64,000 nt of DNA, from positions 82,538-146,537 of the IMG/VR virus record IMGVR_UViG_3300018933_000001; one strand, given 5' to 3'. The notes below the pieces were generated by a model that searched no databases, was not told where the DNA came from, and saw only the letters and a program-made list of their open reading frames with translations. Positions 62,944 to 64,000 of this stretch are shown here, piece by piece; the first letter of the stretch is position 1; each line of letters opens with the position of its first letter. The stretch comes from a virus. A program made the position numbers and the translations under genes.

Positions 62944-63705
62944 TTAAGCTGGAAGATGTAACCAATAATTTCCATCTCCTTCAGGTGCGCCAACTTGAGC
63001 AATTAGAGAGTAAGAGTATAAAGTCTCTTTTCCAGTTGTAGGAGTATGAATATAACCGTTATGAGTAAACTCGCCATAAGGGTCATTGACTATAAATGCA
63101 CCTCTACCGTCATAAGCAGAATCATCATATCCAACTACTAGCACAATGTGGCTAGCCTCAGTTAAGTAAGTACCTAAAATTACAGGAGCTTTACTAACAG
63201 CTTCCTTTAACTCTTGAGCAGTTCCAGAAGTAGTAGAATAATGTTTAACTCCGTAGCTTTTAAGTATCGCAGTAATATCTTGCCAAGAAAATCTGTTATA
63301 ACCTAAATCTAAGCACTTGTTGTAGAGTTGGTCAGGAGTTACATTAATCTTATAAAAAGACAGTAACATCGCAACACAGGTCAAGAAGCAAGAAGTATAA
63401 GGATGGTAGTGATTATATATTTGGTAGTAGTAATCAGTTTTCAATACATTCTTAGTAGATTTCTTTTTCTTATCCTCTACTACTTCAACGTGTTCTTTAT
63501 AGATAAACCAACTTCTAATTCCTACTGGACTATCCGGAAAATTAGTAGATAGTTTAATTTCATAATGAGCATCTTTCTCTCTCAAAATCTCAACTTCTAT
63601 TTCTTTACCAGTATCTAACCAGTAAAGATATCTTGGCTGCAACTCGATGAAAGGAATGGCACGACTTTTTAACGGAGTTCGATTAATAATTTTTAGTTTA
63701 GTCAT
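62944..63705 (-). CDS. Putative endolysin, peptidase C39-like
   Basis: YYQ...SCFLTCVAM, SHIVLVVGYD, FIVNDPYG; N-terminal LKI...T.LK...H..I.L...WFIY.EHV domain typical of cyanobacterial wall hydrolases. Confidence 0.85.
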   Translation of the reverse strand: MTKLKIINRTPLKSRAIPFIELQPRYLYWLDTGKEIEVEILREKDAHYEIKLSTNFPDSPVGIRSWFIYKEHVEVVEDKKKKSTKNVLKTDYYYQIYNHYHPYTSCFLTCVAMLLSFYKINVTPDQLYNKCLDLGYNRFSWQDITAILKSYGVKHYSTTSGTAQELKEAVSKAPVILGTYLTEASHIVLVVGYDDSAYDGRGAFIVNDPYGEFTHNGYIHTPTTGKETLYSYSLIAQVGAPEGDGNYWLHLPA

Positions 63706-63719
63706 AATTATTTCTTTTT

Positions 63720-64000
63720 TTAAATTAATGTAACTTTACTTGTGAGATAGCCTTCATCTAACGTAACTTCTGCTGTATCTGGGAAAGTTCCTTTAACAAC
63801 ATAGTAAATAGATGAGTCGAGTTTAGGGTCTAGCTTTGACTGAATAGTTTCCTTCTCTACTAGACCTTTAAAGATTATTCTATTAGGTTCAGTAACTATA
63901 GGAGATAGACCACTATAAGTACCATAATTTCCAACACTAAAATTAGTAGTAGAAGTATTGGTAAAAACAGTAAAGTTAACAGATACTCCAACTCCTAATA
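63720..64000 (-). CDS. Hypothetical protein (5' partial)
   Basis: Open frame from the window edge, ...LGVGVSVNFTVF...YLTSKVTLI*. Confidence 0.65.
   Translation of the reverse strand, partial: LGVGVSVNFTVFTNTSTTNFSVGNYGTYSGLSPIVTEPNRIIFKGLVEKETIQSKLDPKLDSSIYYVVKGTFPDTAEVTLDEGYLTSKVTLI

Larger units (their letters stand above)
1..64000. mobile_element. Segment of a large tailed phage genome (siphovirus-like), probable cyanobacterial host
   Basis: Portal, head-tail adaptor, tape measure, tail chaperone frameshift, tail fibre, holin/endolysin, thyX, dut and tRNAs are present. No cellular housekeeping operons and no sheath gene seen. Confidence 0.95.

Noticed and set aside
1-64000. CRISPR array, diversity-generating retroelement, intron or IS element
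   Set aside because: No regularly spaced repeats, reverse transcriptase, transposase, integrase or intron core seen by eye.

Overview
AT-rich (roughly 30% GC by eye), gene-dense 64-kb segment of a large long-tailed dsDNA phage (or prophage), almost certainly infecting a cyanobacterium: the C39-peptidase endolysin, HigA, and PAS domains all look cyanobacterial, and the tRNAs lack encoded CCA. The left ~27 kb is mostly plus-strand accessory and nucleotide-metabolism genes: a PduO-like cobalamin adenosyltransferase, dUTPase, AlkB, adenine MTase, ThyX, a Mesh1-like HD protein, a sulfotransferase-GT2 fusion, an ATP-grasp protein and 3 tRNAs. The right ~37 kb is a minus-strand lysis, neck and tail module with a 3121-aa tape measure and a GGGAAAG chaperone frameshift, repeatedly interrupted by plus-strand islands. 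The portal gene sits alone among the accessory genes. Best candidates for new biology: (1) a PAS-PAS-coiled-coil-TM protein with no output domain placed directly after endolysin and holin, possibly signal-gated lysis; (2) about 19 HicB-like domains in 13 genes plus orphan HigA/XRE/HD antitoxin-like genes with no toxin in view, possibly an antitoxin-mimic arsenal; (3) an SF2 helicase-like gene bracketed by three copies of a ~60-bp bipartite element, one covering its own promoter; (4) interleaved two-strand gene blocks that leave no room for terminators. All family assignments are motif recognition by eye, not database searches.
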